A stretch of 64,000 nucleotides of DNA from assembly GCA_030704615.1 (NCBI GenBank), contig CM060734.1, positions 5,828,001 to 5,892,000 of the forward strand. The letters run 5' to 3'. The position numbers and the translations under genes were made by a program. Below the pieces are notes generated by a model. That model was not told the DNA's origin. It saw nothing but the letters and a program-made list of their open reading frames with translations, and did not search any database. Shown piece by piece: positions 1-11,099 of the stretch (within the stretch, counting starts at the first letter, position 1; every line of letters starts with the position of its first letter). Source of the stretch: Takakia lepidozioides. Its lineage: Eukaryota > Plantae > Bryophyta.

Positions 1-134
1 TCTAGAAGGTTCTTGGGAGGACCATGTAACCTAAGAACTAATGATGTGCCTGACTGAGAGATAGGGCTGGGACCAACACTCTCTACTGTATTGTGAGCTC
101 GGGGATGCCCTAATGGATTGGCTTTTCAATGCAG

Positions 135-858
135 CGTGCAGCTGAAGCTATTGCCAAAGCAGCTTTGGTTAGTAATACTCTCTCTCTCTCTCTCTTTCTC
201 AGTTCATGGTGGGCAATGCAGAAAAGATGTTCAACATATAATCTATTCATCGGGTTGATCAAATCTTAATTAAGGATGCAGTAGGTCTTGCACTTTGCTA
301 ATTGTGGTTTGGTTTGGTCTATCCTGCTGGATCAACACTGAGATAGAGAGAAATATGCTCATATGACTCTGCATGCTGTAGTAGCTTTGTGGCAACAGAC
401 CCTCCACTGGTTGGACAGCAGGAAAGGGCGCAAAGGGTTTCTGGCAAGGGAACAAGTAGATTACTACCATCCTGTGAAGGCCTGCTCCATTAGTGAGACT
501 CTGCTGTTGTACATGAAGTTGGTTCTGTGCTTAAAAGAGCTCCCTTAAAAAGTCATTCACTGAGTGAGAGAGTTAAGGAGTTCTGGGGGGGGGGGTGTGT
601 GGAAGATGGTTCTGGCTACCATTAACAACAGCTGACTACAAATAAATTTGTGTGGTTCTCCCTGGTGCATTCTGGAGTTATGCTCTAGGAACCCATACTG
701 TAGGTGTTAGCAGCAGGAAAAGATAGCCAGATGATTTAAGGAAAATTATATCTGACCATGGACAAATTCCAGTGTGATTCTTGCTGACAGAACTGTTCCT
801 GGATCTTGCAGATGCGAAATGGGCAAGACAACGTTAGCATTATCATCATTGATTTCGG
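135..858 (+). CDS. C-terminal exons (135-167, 812-858) of a PP2C protein phosphatase, PPH1/TAP38-like; upstream exons outside window, last exon not located with confidence
   Basis: AG/GT-bounded exons translate to RAAEAIAKAAL | MRNGQDNVSIIIIDFG, containing the PP2C C-terminal DN(V/I)S motif; resembles the C-terminus of plant PPH1/TAP38 as recalled. Confidence 0.75.
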
Positions 859-2039
859 GTATTTATCGCTCTGTTCTGCTCTCTGTGGCTCTCTCCCTGT
901 ATTTGTGAAGCAAGTTTATGGCATGTCAAGGCTACTGTGTCTATCACCATCTGTCCCTCTTTGAAACACTGGGGTTAAAACCCCCGCATCCAACTACCAG
1001 AGGGTTAGTAGTCTGTGGTGATCCCCTCTCCTGGATCTCTCCCTTTCATGCTTGAGGGCTAGTCTCTGGAGGATACCAACCCTCGTGGAGTGGGTGAGGA
1101 CTAAAGTGTGAAACTCGCTCCGAGATTGCACGTTGGATAGCTGTCAACAGTTCATTAGATGGATACTGGAGTATTCATTTAATGGTTGGTCATAGAAAAT
1201 GAGAAACATCTTGTTGACTTCAACTCGTTACATATCTGGGTTGACACCAAGATGACACATGGCTTGGTGACAGTAGTATGAAAAGGGTGTGCGACTAGAG
1301 GAAAGAGGCTGTTATGATTGAAAGCCAGATGGTGTTGCAGGAGATTGTACCAACCAAATGGAGCAGCTCAAAATTCATTGTTTGGGGTATCAAAATGGTG
1401 GTGATAACAGGGGAAGATCAGGAGGCAGATTATATGTTTGGTGAATTGATTTTCAGTATTAATAGCCAAGTGGAGACATACTCCATCAGTTTTTGACGTG
1501 GGAATTTGCATGTACAACCCTATTCATCTGGATTTTCTTTCTACATTATTTGGTTAGCTCACAATGTACATGTTCGACCCTGCTCATGGTCGGTTACTCT
1601 ATAGAGAGTAGAGATTACACACTTGCAAGGTGAATGCAACTGGTGATGCCATAGCGGCCGGGGAAGTGACAGCCCCTTGCACGCCAAGCATGTATGCTTG
1701 GAGGAGAGCAGCTGCACCTGAAAGACGGTAGTAAGCCCCCTGGAGGGGAACCTGTCATAAGAGGCAACCTCATATGGACTTTGAATTGCTGTCATTTGTG
1801 TTTCTTAACCTCAGTACTTGGAATTTCTCTTGACATAGCTGATCAATTTCTAGAGTCAGGCAACCAAAAGTTGTGTTTGTATAAATCAAGAGCGTTTCAG
1901 TGGTGTTGTGTGTAGTACGGTTTTGAGGACTGAAAATGTTGGGTGTGAATCAAATGTAAATTGTTTCTTCCCAAAGTCAAGTCGCAAGCCCTGGTTGGCC
2001 TGTCACATGTGATGATTCCATGGGAATGGGGGCTCAGCT

Positions 2040-2490
2040 TAGGGGGAGCAGGCATGTGGGGAGATATGGCAAAAGGGGAACACATATGGGGGAGGACCTG
2101 ACACAAGTGGAACAAACATGTAGGGGATTTGACATGGGGGATCAGACAGAAGGGGAGCAGACGTGGGGAGATTTGACTAGAGGGAGCAGACACGTGGGGG
2201 AGATCGGACAGAAGGGGACCAGACATGTGGGGGGATGTGACTAGAGGGGAGCAGACGTGTGGGAGGATCGCATAGAAGGGGAGCAGACACGTGGGGGGAT
2301 CTGATAGAAGGGTTTTCAAACGTGTGTGTGTGTGGGGGGGGGGGGGGGGGGGGGGGGGGGGGTCTGACAGGAGGGGAGCAGACATGAGGGGATCAGAGAT
2401 GGGAGGGGGGAGATGTGACACATTTTGGAGGATCTCATATGTGTGTGTGGGGGGGGGGGGGGGGGGTCGTGGGAGGGTCTCATGGGGGGG
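2040..2490. repeat. G-rich tandem repeat (~40-bp unit, GGGAGCAGACAYGTGGGGGAGAT core) with poly-G tracts
   Basis: Unit recurs about ten times; explains the Pro-rich 1897..2604 pseudo-ORF. Confidence 0.8.
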
Positions 2491-2499
2491 GACTAAGAT

Positions 2500-2715
2500 G
2501 TCCCTATTACGGTGCCGTAATTCATCCACGACATCCCATTTCACTTTGTTTGACGGCCCGTTCATCCCTACTAGGGCGCCGTAAATCATCCTGGATATCC
2601 CCATCCACTTTGTTTTTCAGCCCATTCATCCCTATTGCGGCTCTGTTATTCATCCGGGACATCCCCATCCACGATGTTGTTGAGCCCATTCATCCCTATT
2701 ACAGCGCCGTAATTC
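2500..2715. repeat. Short repeat cluster (TACGGYGCCGTAA / CCCATTCATCCCTATT units), probable DNA-TE subterminal sequence
   Basis: Three to four ~65-bp imperfect units visible directly. Confidence 0.5.
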
Positions 2716-2779
2716 TTATATCCACAGACCATCAATACGCGAGAACATACCCGCAAAGTTTGGGAAGGATCTAAATTTG

Positions 2780-3426
2780 TATACCCACAAAATTCGCTTA
2801 TGACAGGAGTAGACTCCTCATTAAGCCTCATCGACGGATTCTACCTCAAAAACCCAGGCAGGATACCAACTTATCTCAAAAGCCACATTCACAATAGCAT
2901 CTGCAACTCAAGCCACTTACCCAGTCTCCGTCTCTTTCCCCCCTTCTATTATCCCTATCCGACCCATCCTGTCAGCACAAACCCACACCCCCCAACCAAG
3001 AATCCTTTCACCATTACCTCAACACAACATCACCACATTCCTAAACCACTTCCAACCTACTGCCTCGCTCCTTATCCAAAACCTCTCCCACCCTTTCCGA
3101 CACAAATATGGCACGATCCCTCGATACCACTTGGCTTGACGTTGAGCGCACCCTCACATCCATCATCCAAGAAATGATTAAAAGCAGTCTAGCCACATGC
3201 TCTGCCTCCCCAGACCTCCCGATCGAAACAAAATGGTAGTTACCTTACCCGATCGCAAAAGCGTGCTTGGACCTCCCACCTCAACATCCACCATACCATC
3301 CGCCGTGCTCTCACTGTCATACCCAACTCTCCCTCCAACTTACTTTACAAAAAATGGAGATCTGATCATTGTATAACCTGCTTAAACACCCTCCCTGCCT
3401 GCCAAACCCTCATCCCAACCCATCCC

Positions 3427-3469
<43 letters not shown>

Positions 3470-4507
3470 ACCCCCCAAGACCCCACCACTCTCCCCATTT
3501 GGGTTGCTGCTTTATTAAAGTTCGTGCACACACAAGTATTCGTGGTAACGATGCGGCCAACCTCCTTGCCCAAGAAGGCGCCTCCAGGTTGTTGAACGGT
3601 TTTTATGCACCCATCCCTTAGCCAATCTTGGTGGGTATTCTAGATGGGAGGCATTGGAATACTCTAAGTATTCCTGCCATTCAGAATCGGATGGTATCAT
3701 GACGGATTAATGTTGCACTATCATTTTGGCTATGACAAAGCCTCATGGCATCAGTGAACTTGGGTATCCTTTACGTAGATAGGGTGGTTCTCCTTAAGAA
3801 AGATAATACATTGACTTTGTGTAAGGATCTTGACTAGCTTATGCAGCTACAAATCGCTACTAACTATTCCTTAGTGCTGGTGTTCCTATATCAGTATAGT
3901 CCTAAGTGTTAAAGGATCTCAATATCCGGATGTTGAGATCCCATGTTGTATTCCTCTTTAAGTAACATAAGCATCCACATTACCAAGCTCAAAACATAGG
4001 CACGGTTTCCGAATAGGTATCATCATCTTTATCAGCTCATAGTAGCAATTACAAGGTCCTTTGTCCCTCATCATGCTCTCTCTAAGTACAGTATACTCTG
4101 GAACAAATGCATAGACTCCTACGTGCAGGCATAAGGCAGTGTCATAACTCAAACTCCCCGAATACAAAGTGCGATCCCCTGTACAGCTTTGTTCATGTCT
4201 TAAATACCCTACGGCTTCCTTAACCGCCATCATAGCCTATGGTTATTTAACTCCCCTATGGTGGAATAACTCCTATGGTAGAAATTGCTTAACTCCCCAA
4301 TGACTAACTGATGTCTTTGGTTGGTCCATGGCTATGGTTACCATAGACATATCATAGTGACTACTGTCGATGGTCAGCCTATGGCTATGGTGAGCATAGA
4401 CGCCTCATAGTGCCCTATGGCTATGGTCTATGCTGTAATCGCAAAAAATAGGGGTACTTCCCTTCTACCTCTACCTTTGCCACTATGCTAGCTATGGCTG
4501 CTCTACC
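2780..4507 (-). mobile_element. Degenerate LTR/leader of an LTR retrotransposon carrying a homolog of the ORF0 N-terminus
   Basis: Minus-strand start GTAGAGCAG at ~4506 matches the LTR end at 7437; CTATGG-rich U3-like repeats 4240-4500; TATA-like TATTTAA near 4200; ORF 3515..3700 (YLEYSNASHLEYPPRLAKGWVHKNRST) aligns with ORF0 at 48386. Left boundary uncertain. Confidence 0.5.
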
Positions 4508-4509
4508 TA

Positions 4510-6393
4510 GTGTACACTATCCTCCCCTCTGCGAGAAAGGCCGTGTCCCACGGTTCACCTTCGTTGCTCCGTATGCTGCTAGGGAGTTGGTGTGACATCT
4601 CTGGTCCGGGAAGGTGATCGGTGTGTCTGAGAACCCGACCTCCTTTGTCTATCCCGAGGCTCCACATCCCATCCTGTAGGCCTGCGGGCACCTTCCTCCT
4701 CCGTGGTCGGCATGTCCATGTCCAAATCCAGGCCCATGTTCTACAAGGACAGAAACAATGGTGAGGGAAAATAGAAATGTGTGGAATAGAACGACAACTG
4801 CAGTAAAAGTCTGACATCACACCTCCCGCATGTACTGACCGAACTGTCCATACCGGTAATGCCACCACCCCAACCAACTGTGCAAGGCTCGTAGATTGAT
4901 TGTCTCCACTGCACCTGACGTGTTCCACTAAGCCTCGATGATTGCAAACCTCCGGGTCATCAAATGTAGGTGCATCCTTCCACGCCATACAAAGGACACA
5001 ATGTTCAGCTTGGAAGGAGCTTGCAACAAATTTGCCTGTGTAGTGAGAAAGACTCTGCATCCAATGAAATCCACAGGATCTCTCTTTCCCCTCCATCGGA
5101 ACATTTGGGTCCTCCCCATACATACGCCGCACCGCTGCCCAGTTGGCCTGAGCATTGTCTGCCATGAGTCCCCTGAAATTTGGCTTGGGCAACCCCACCC
5201 TTGCCATCTGCTTGTTTATCCCTCCCACAAATGTATCTCTGATTGTGTGTCATCCCTTTTCATCTCACATATTGCAATCGTCATGAGCCTTTTGGAGTGA
5301 TAGTCTAAACATGCGCACCCATGGTCACCCACTGATGGTTTGTAATTCGCTTGATGTGGTCAAACATCACCCAAGCATTCGATAAGTTCCCATTTGTCAT
5401 TCGAGTGACCAAGTCCACTCCACTCCCAGGCCAACAGGTGGACATTTTGAAGATGAAACAACGGTCGGTTTCACTGCCTTGCCCTGGAAACCTGCTACCT
5501 TGGATGTAGTCATATCCACATCTTTGTTTCATCTCCAGGATTGAGTGCATGTCCGACCCCCGGCCGAATTCTTGCTTGCAAGAGACGACGTGATTCCGCA
5601 CATTCAGGCTACAAACGTGCGAGACGGACTCCAAGAGGTCCACCATGTCCTTGTCGTCCAAGGGCACCCGGTCCTTTCCATCTTCAGACATAATTTTTCC
5701 CAGAGCAATCTTGTGGGCTACCTTCAGCTGAATCTGCTTTGGTCTGGCTCCGGGGCTCAACTTCACCTCCTCCTTTATGATCTCATGTGCTTCATGCACA
5801 GCCTCTAGCATGTTGCCTCTCGCCAAGGGGTGGCAGTGCACACCAACGTGTATGCAAGCTCTTGTCAAGTCTGGCAACATACTACCGACATAATATTGCT
5901 TGGCTTTGCACATTGACATGCATGTTTGTGGATCTTTGCAATGGGCGCACTTGAAAGTACTCGCAAGAGCCTGGCTGGAGACAATGAATGGCTGATGGGT
6001 TGTGCCCGTCCAATCGTCTTGTTTCTCCGCCCTCCTTATATCATAATTATGGGCCCATAATTTTGTTTTCGTTTTGTTTTTACAAAAACAGGGGGAATAA
6101 TCCCCATAGGACACCAAATTTCCAGTTACGCAGGTTACGTGTTTGCCTCCCGAGGTCGATGGGAATGTGATCTTTGAGTTTCCACCTGTGGAATGCATTT
6201 CCGTCGACTGGGACACCTTACATAGGCAGGAACGGAAAGGCGGTACCACATTTATGTCCACTGTACCAGCTGGCACATGGTTGAACGGAAATGCGGTGCC
6301 GCATTTCCGTCCCAGGGGACACCTAAAACATGGTGGAACGGAAATACGGTACCGCATTCCGTCCGGGATGTTCCTTTCCAAATTGTGAAACAT
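4510..6393 (-). pseudogene. Mutator/MULE-like DDE transposase, frameshifted and 3'-disrupted
   Basis: Cys/His zinc-ribbon (CAHC...CMSMC...HVGVHCH), then VMFDH, a 1-bp frameshift near 5305, MADNAQANWAAV and ERSCGFHWMQSL (MULE CxxH motif). Confidence 0.7.
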
Positions 6394-6649
6394 ATGCCAA
6401 AATAGTAAGACAGTAAGAAATCACATGTTCAGGAAGAAGTCCGATTATGTAAGATTGAAAAACTTGCAGACTTCAGGCAGACAATGACAACAACCACAAC
6501 GACAACTATAAGAAGCTGAGGACATGACGATTCACAGGAAGAATCCATACTTCACCAAAATCTTTTATTTATTCTTGATGGGAACAAGTCCCAGCATCTG
6601 TCCTCTCTAAAAAACTATACTCCCCAAATGGAGGACAGGACTACCACGG

Positions 6650-7090
6650 CCTGTATCAATAAACACCCCCGATAATGTTCCTCCTGTTTCCCGTTCCAAT
6701 GCTTGTTCCATTGTGTTCATATCGACTACACGAACGACAGAGTCTTGAAATAACAGGTCCAGAATGAGGAGTGTTCTCGGTGGATGTACCGTGAGCAATA
6801 CATGAAGACTTTGTTAAAGCACATGTAAGACAAATGGCACACCCGGAGGGTAGCATGGCAGAGGGGTATACATTGCAAGAGGCTATGTTCTACTGCATGG
6901 AGTACTTGGTAAGGGTGGATAAGGAAGCCCTCCGATGTGGAAAGAAGATGAGGATGTACAAACCAATGACATCGTTTTGCCCAAAAATTCAAAGGGGGTA
7001 AAATTACCCATCATGGTGATTAACCAAGCGCATGAGTTCATACTGAAGAACACCCCATCCATACATGAGTGGGAGGCAAGATACAATAAC
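6650..7090 (+). pseudogene. CACTA (En/Spm) transposase fragment, DUF4218 region
   Basis: Frameshifted translation RWMY...QYMKTL...HVRQMAHPEGSMAEGYTLQEAMFYCMEYL, typical of TnpD DUF4218. Confidence 0.8.
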
Positions 7091-7129
7091 CTTGTTCAGC
7101 ACCTCCCTGCTGGTAGTCGCACCTATTTA

Positions 7130-7437
7130 CTGATTTAGTAGGTAGTAAGTTAGTACGTAGTAAGAGGGGGGGGGATCCCTTATATAGCCTCTCAGGGCGG
7201 TGGGACCCTTCTAGAAGCCCGCCGACCCTGGGAGCCTTCTAGAAGGCCCTGGACACATGTCAACCCTACAGAACTCCCTATTCTAAATTTAGCCAATTCC
7301 TCTGTTCTTTTTTTGGACCCCCTCATCTCATTCCTTAATACACGTGGCCTTCCTACATAGGCGCCCCACTCTAATTCCTGGGCCACAGTAATTCCTGGAC
7401 CACTCTAGAATCAGGGCCCAAATGAAACTGCTCTACA
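7130..7437 (-). mobile_element. Truncated LTR fragment
   Basis: Minus strand begins TGTAGAGCAG at 7437, TATA (CTATATAAGGG) near 7185; no matching TSD found. Confidence 0.45.
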
Positions 7438-7595
7438 TATTATTCGCACCTATTTGACAAAAAGAAAAATGGTCCGACCACCCCCCTGCTGGTGGTCGCA
7501 CCTATTTAAAAATAGAAAATTCTGCGACCACCCCCTTGCTGGTGGACGCCCCTAAAAAAAAATGGTGCGACCACCCCCCTGCTAATGGTCGCAGA

Positions 7596-7832
7596 TTTTT
7601 TATTTTATTTTCATTTTTTTTTTAAAGGGAAACACCTGGGAGCGACAGCTCACAAATCAAGCCCCTTAGTAGTGAGAGGAGAAAATAACCTCTTTCATTT
7701 ATGCGCCATGAGGCGTAGGAATGGGGCACCACCCACGAACCATACCACACCCATCAAGTAGCAAGATTTGACCCCAGAATCGTCCGGGTCGCACTCAGTG
7801 CACTTAACCAACTGAGCTACTGACTGTTGGTA
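7596..7832 (-). mobile_element. tRNA-derived SINE inserted in array A
   Basis: Minus strand: A-box TAGCTCAGTTGG, B-box-like GGGTCAAATC, A-rich tail (T-run 7596-7623 on +), possible TSD AGAT(T/A)TT. Confidence 0.6.
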
Positions 7833-8462
7833 GATATTAAAAAATCGGAAAATTATGCGACCACCCCCTGCTGGTGGTCGCATCTATTAAAGAAAAGAAA
7901 AATAGTGCGACCACCAGCAGGTGGTGGTCGCACCTATTTTGTTTAAGCAAAATTTCTGTGACCACCCCCCTGCTGGTGGTCGCACATAATAAAGAAAAGA
8001 AAAAATGATGCGACCACCCCCTGCTAGCGGTCGCAGCTATTACTAGCGTGCGTAGTCATGATGACAGCGCGCGCCCCGAGTGTGGAGGGGGGCTTATAAG
8101 GCCTTCGAGGCCATTCTCTCCCTCACTTTTCTCCACACCAGGACTTGGTGGGCGATGGAATGTTGCATTATTTGTCGTTGAGTCTGAGTGGAGAGGGGTG
8201 CTATTGGTTGGGTGGGGGATATTTTGGGCCGTTGGTTTCTACGAAATCGATGCTGAGTACCTCCCGGGAAGCCCTCCTCTGGCACCCACGTTTTTTTCAT
8301 TGCACATTGCATTATATCACTTAGAACTGCGGAGGGAGTGACATGTGCCTCTAGTATTTGGGGAGGATTCATTAGGAAGTAGGATTAGGTACGATTTAGG
8401 AGGGTTGGGAGGACATTTTTCTTAGCAAACACCTGTCGAGTAGGGGTAAGCCAGAGCCATAA

Positions 8463-11022
8463 ATGGCGGAGGAGGAAGACAGAGGAGGTCATCCCAGGGA
8501 TGACGATAATGAACCTGGACCTCCAAAAAAAAAACCGAAAGGGGCCAGGCGCGAACTTCGTTGAGATATATACAATGACCCCAACATTCTTGCGGAACCA
8601 GGTTGGGAAATTTGGAGGTTGGGGCAGCGGTGGTCGCTTGGTGACTGCAGGAAATTTGTGGATTGGTGTCACATAAATCGTTTGTGGCCCAGAGATAGGC
8701 ATGATCCACAAACCAAACAAAATCAAACTAGCTTGCATTCCTGCGCCAACCCGCATTTCCGCCACAGGGCAGAGGAGGTACATACAACATTGTGGGATCA
8801 ACCGCTCGTCAACAACAAGGTCCTGTATTTATTTGCGCCCATGTTGTACACAAAGTTGATTTTATTGCGACCAGTGGATTGGCAAACTGCCACTGCGAGA
8901 CAGCGTACTAGACTATACATGTTCTCTGATATCCCAGACTTGTATATACATCAGGGGCAGGACAACATACGGTTGGATGGAAACGACGACGTGGAAGAAG
9001 AAGGAAAGGCAGACGCATGGTGGTGTGGGAGGTGCAGGAGGACCAACCTCCAGATTATACGCCGCAACAGGTCTCCGCAGCCGGGCCTTCAACGTCTGAG
9101 GTGGAGGGGGCGAGGTACGCTCTCCATTGGAGGAACAGTTGGCCGCACATGAACAGCACATCAAGGACCTGCATGACATTGTTCATTTGCAACGGTGGCA
9201 AATAGCAAAGTTGCTGGAAAAAATGGGGTTGTGAACTCTCGACAGCGTACGTGGTGTGCTTCAGGACCCGAGGCCAATCACCAACGAGCAAGACATATTG
9301 GCGCGTTTGGATATGCCACCAATGGACATTGACCGCGTCATCGACGAGGTTGACTCAATCGGACATGGGAATGAAGTGCAAACGCCTGAACTGGACCCGG
9401 CGAGGGTTGAGGAAGAAAGACTTGCGGCGGAGAGGGCAAGAAAAGGGAAAGACCCCATAGTGGAAACTGGGGAATGTTCAGCCGTGCAAATTACATCGGC
9501 CCAGGAACAGGAAGTAAAGCAGCTTGTGGGGGAACGTGAGCAAACTAGGGCTGTTGCATATCGGTACTCAAATGTCATGCAAATCCGATCGTGGCCATGG
9601 TTGAAGGGGAATTGGTGGAATTGGGTGACATGGGCGGGCCATCTAGCATCGCGGGAAACACGGATAGAAGAAGCGTTGTCCTCCCTCCAACGTGCAGCAC
9701 GTTTGTGGAATCGAAGCGTAGATAGCATCTCTGCTGATTTGCAAAGGCACGACACTGTGCGTGATGTATTCACGTCGAAGTACACTGGATTCACCACATA
9801 GGGTGATGTGGATGTCATGTTTGAGCACTGTGTGCATACAATTTCCGATACCAATAAGAGCATAAACTGGGATTTGGAAGTAGAGGAGGAGTGGGACAGC
9901 AGGCCGAGGATGTCATCCGACATTCATGAGGAATCACGGACATGGATACCACGGAGCAATCTAGCGTCATGGGTAACAGATGGTACGATGTGCACAATGT
10001 GCCTAAACCCTTAGGACCGGAGGGAGGCTATATGCTTGGTTCATGTGGCCATTTGTTCCACCTCGCATGTCTCATATCGGCAGCCATGCGAGCCACCCAA
10101 TGCCCTGACTGCCGTGGACCAATCCATCGACGTTTCTATGAGTTGTTTGGGTTGCAAGACAATATGCCCATCGGATACGAGTACAACCAGTACAACACGC
10201 CATTGGATGTGGAGCCTTATGATATTTTAAATTGTCGGCATTGGGGGGAGACAATGACATGGGATGCTCCAAGAGAGATGCACGCCTTGAATGCTATGAC
10301 ATTATTTAGGGTTAAAGATTCGGTGACCTTTTGGGTGACATCCAACTGGGAAATAACCGTGCGTGCTAGAGGCATACGGGACCCAGTCCAAAGGGAGTTT
10401 TTTTGCCGGAACTTGGGAGGGCATTGGAGCTGTACCAGACAAAGATAATTCTTCCGTTTGCCTAAGGATCCATGGGTGCCAGCGGAAAACGACCCATACA
10501 ATCGCGAACCGATTGGGAGAGACTATTTCTGAGGGAGTTGGAGGACGTTAGCATCCGTTGGGATGATATGAATGAGAGTACTGGGTGCCTCGTCGGGATG
10601 AAAGGCCATTTCCTCCAGAGTTGCGCAGAGACCCCCAACAGGAGGAGGTGTTGGACAATTTCTAGGCTGACATCACGAGTGTTGTAAAGTATTGGCAGAA
10701 CACATGGCGTGACCAAGTTGCCCCTATTCCAGGGGTGTTCTTGCCACTTCCAAACATATCGGAATTAATTGAAAAATTGCATGAAGCCGTAGCAAGAGCG
10801 ACAAACCCGGCTCTGGCAAATGTGGAAGAGAGTCAGCACTCGCCTAGAACGCTACGCATGTTGGCAAGGGTGGACCACACAACACTGGGTCCTTCTTTGA
10901 CCACTCGAGCCCAGGCTCGAGCTCTCCGTACTGGTGGAGGCACGTCCTCTACACCCGGAGCATCTTCATCAACATCTGGAGATGACGACAACGAAGTAAT
11001 TAATCTAGATGAAGATGACTAG
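8463..11022 (+). pseudogene. TE-borne RING-H2 E3-ligase-like gene (NLS, helical domain, coiled coil, RING-H2, C-terminal SIM-like tail), disrupted
   Basis: ATG 8463 (MAEEEDRGG...PPKKKPK); joining frames gives CTMC-x14-CGHLFHLAC-x10-CPDC at 9991-10112; ends EVINLDEDD*; TATA-like CTTATAAG near 8093. Confidence 0.7.
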
Positions 11023-11099
11023 AAATGCTAGAAACGTAGGGAGTAGGCCAAAGGTCTCAGGTTGCGAAAACTTAAATGTGCAACCCACTGTATAGTCTA

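Larger units (their letters stand above)
7100..8040. repeat. Palindrome array A (left): TGCGACCACC-ccctgct-GGTGGTCGCA units separated by A/T tracts
   Basis: About eight units, period ~45-52 bp, interrupted by an LTR fragment and a SINE. Confidence 0.9.

Noticed and set aside
1085-1125. Hammerhead-like TGAGGAC...GAAAC
   Set aside because: Lacks the CUGANGA core and a convincing stem II/III.
1600-1650. Possible last PP2C exon (GVEITHLQGECNW*)
   Set aside because: Acceptor choice is ambiguous and there is no conserved motif to confirm it.
1897-2604. 235-aa Pro-rich ORF
   Set aside because: Translation of a G-rich tandem repeat and homopolymers.
7755-7830. Functional tRNA gene (also 27200-27270 and 34690-34759)
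   Set aside because: Acceptor stems do not pair, and tails and TSDs indicate SINEs.
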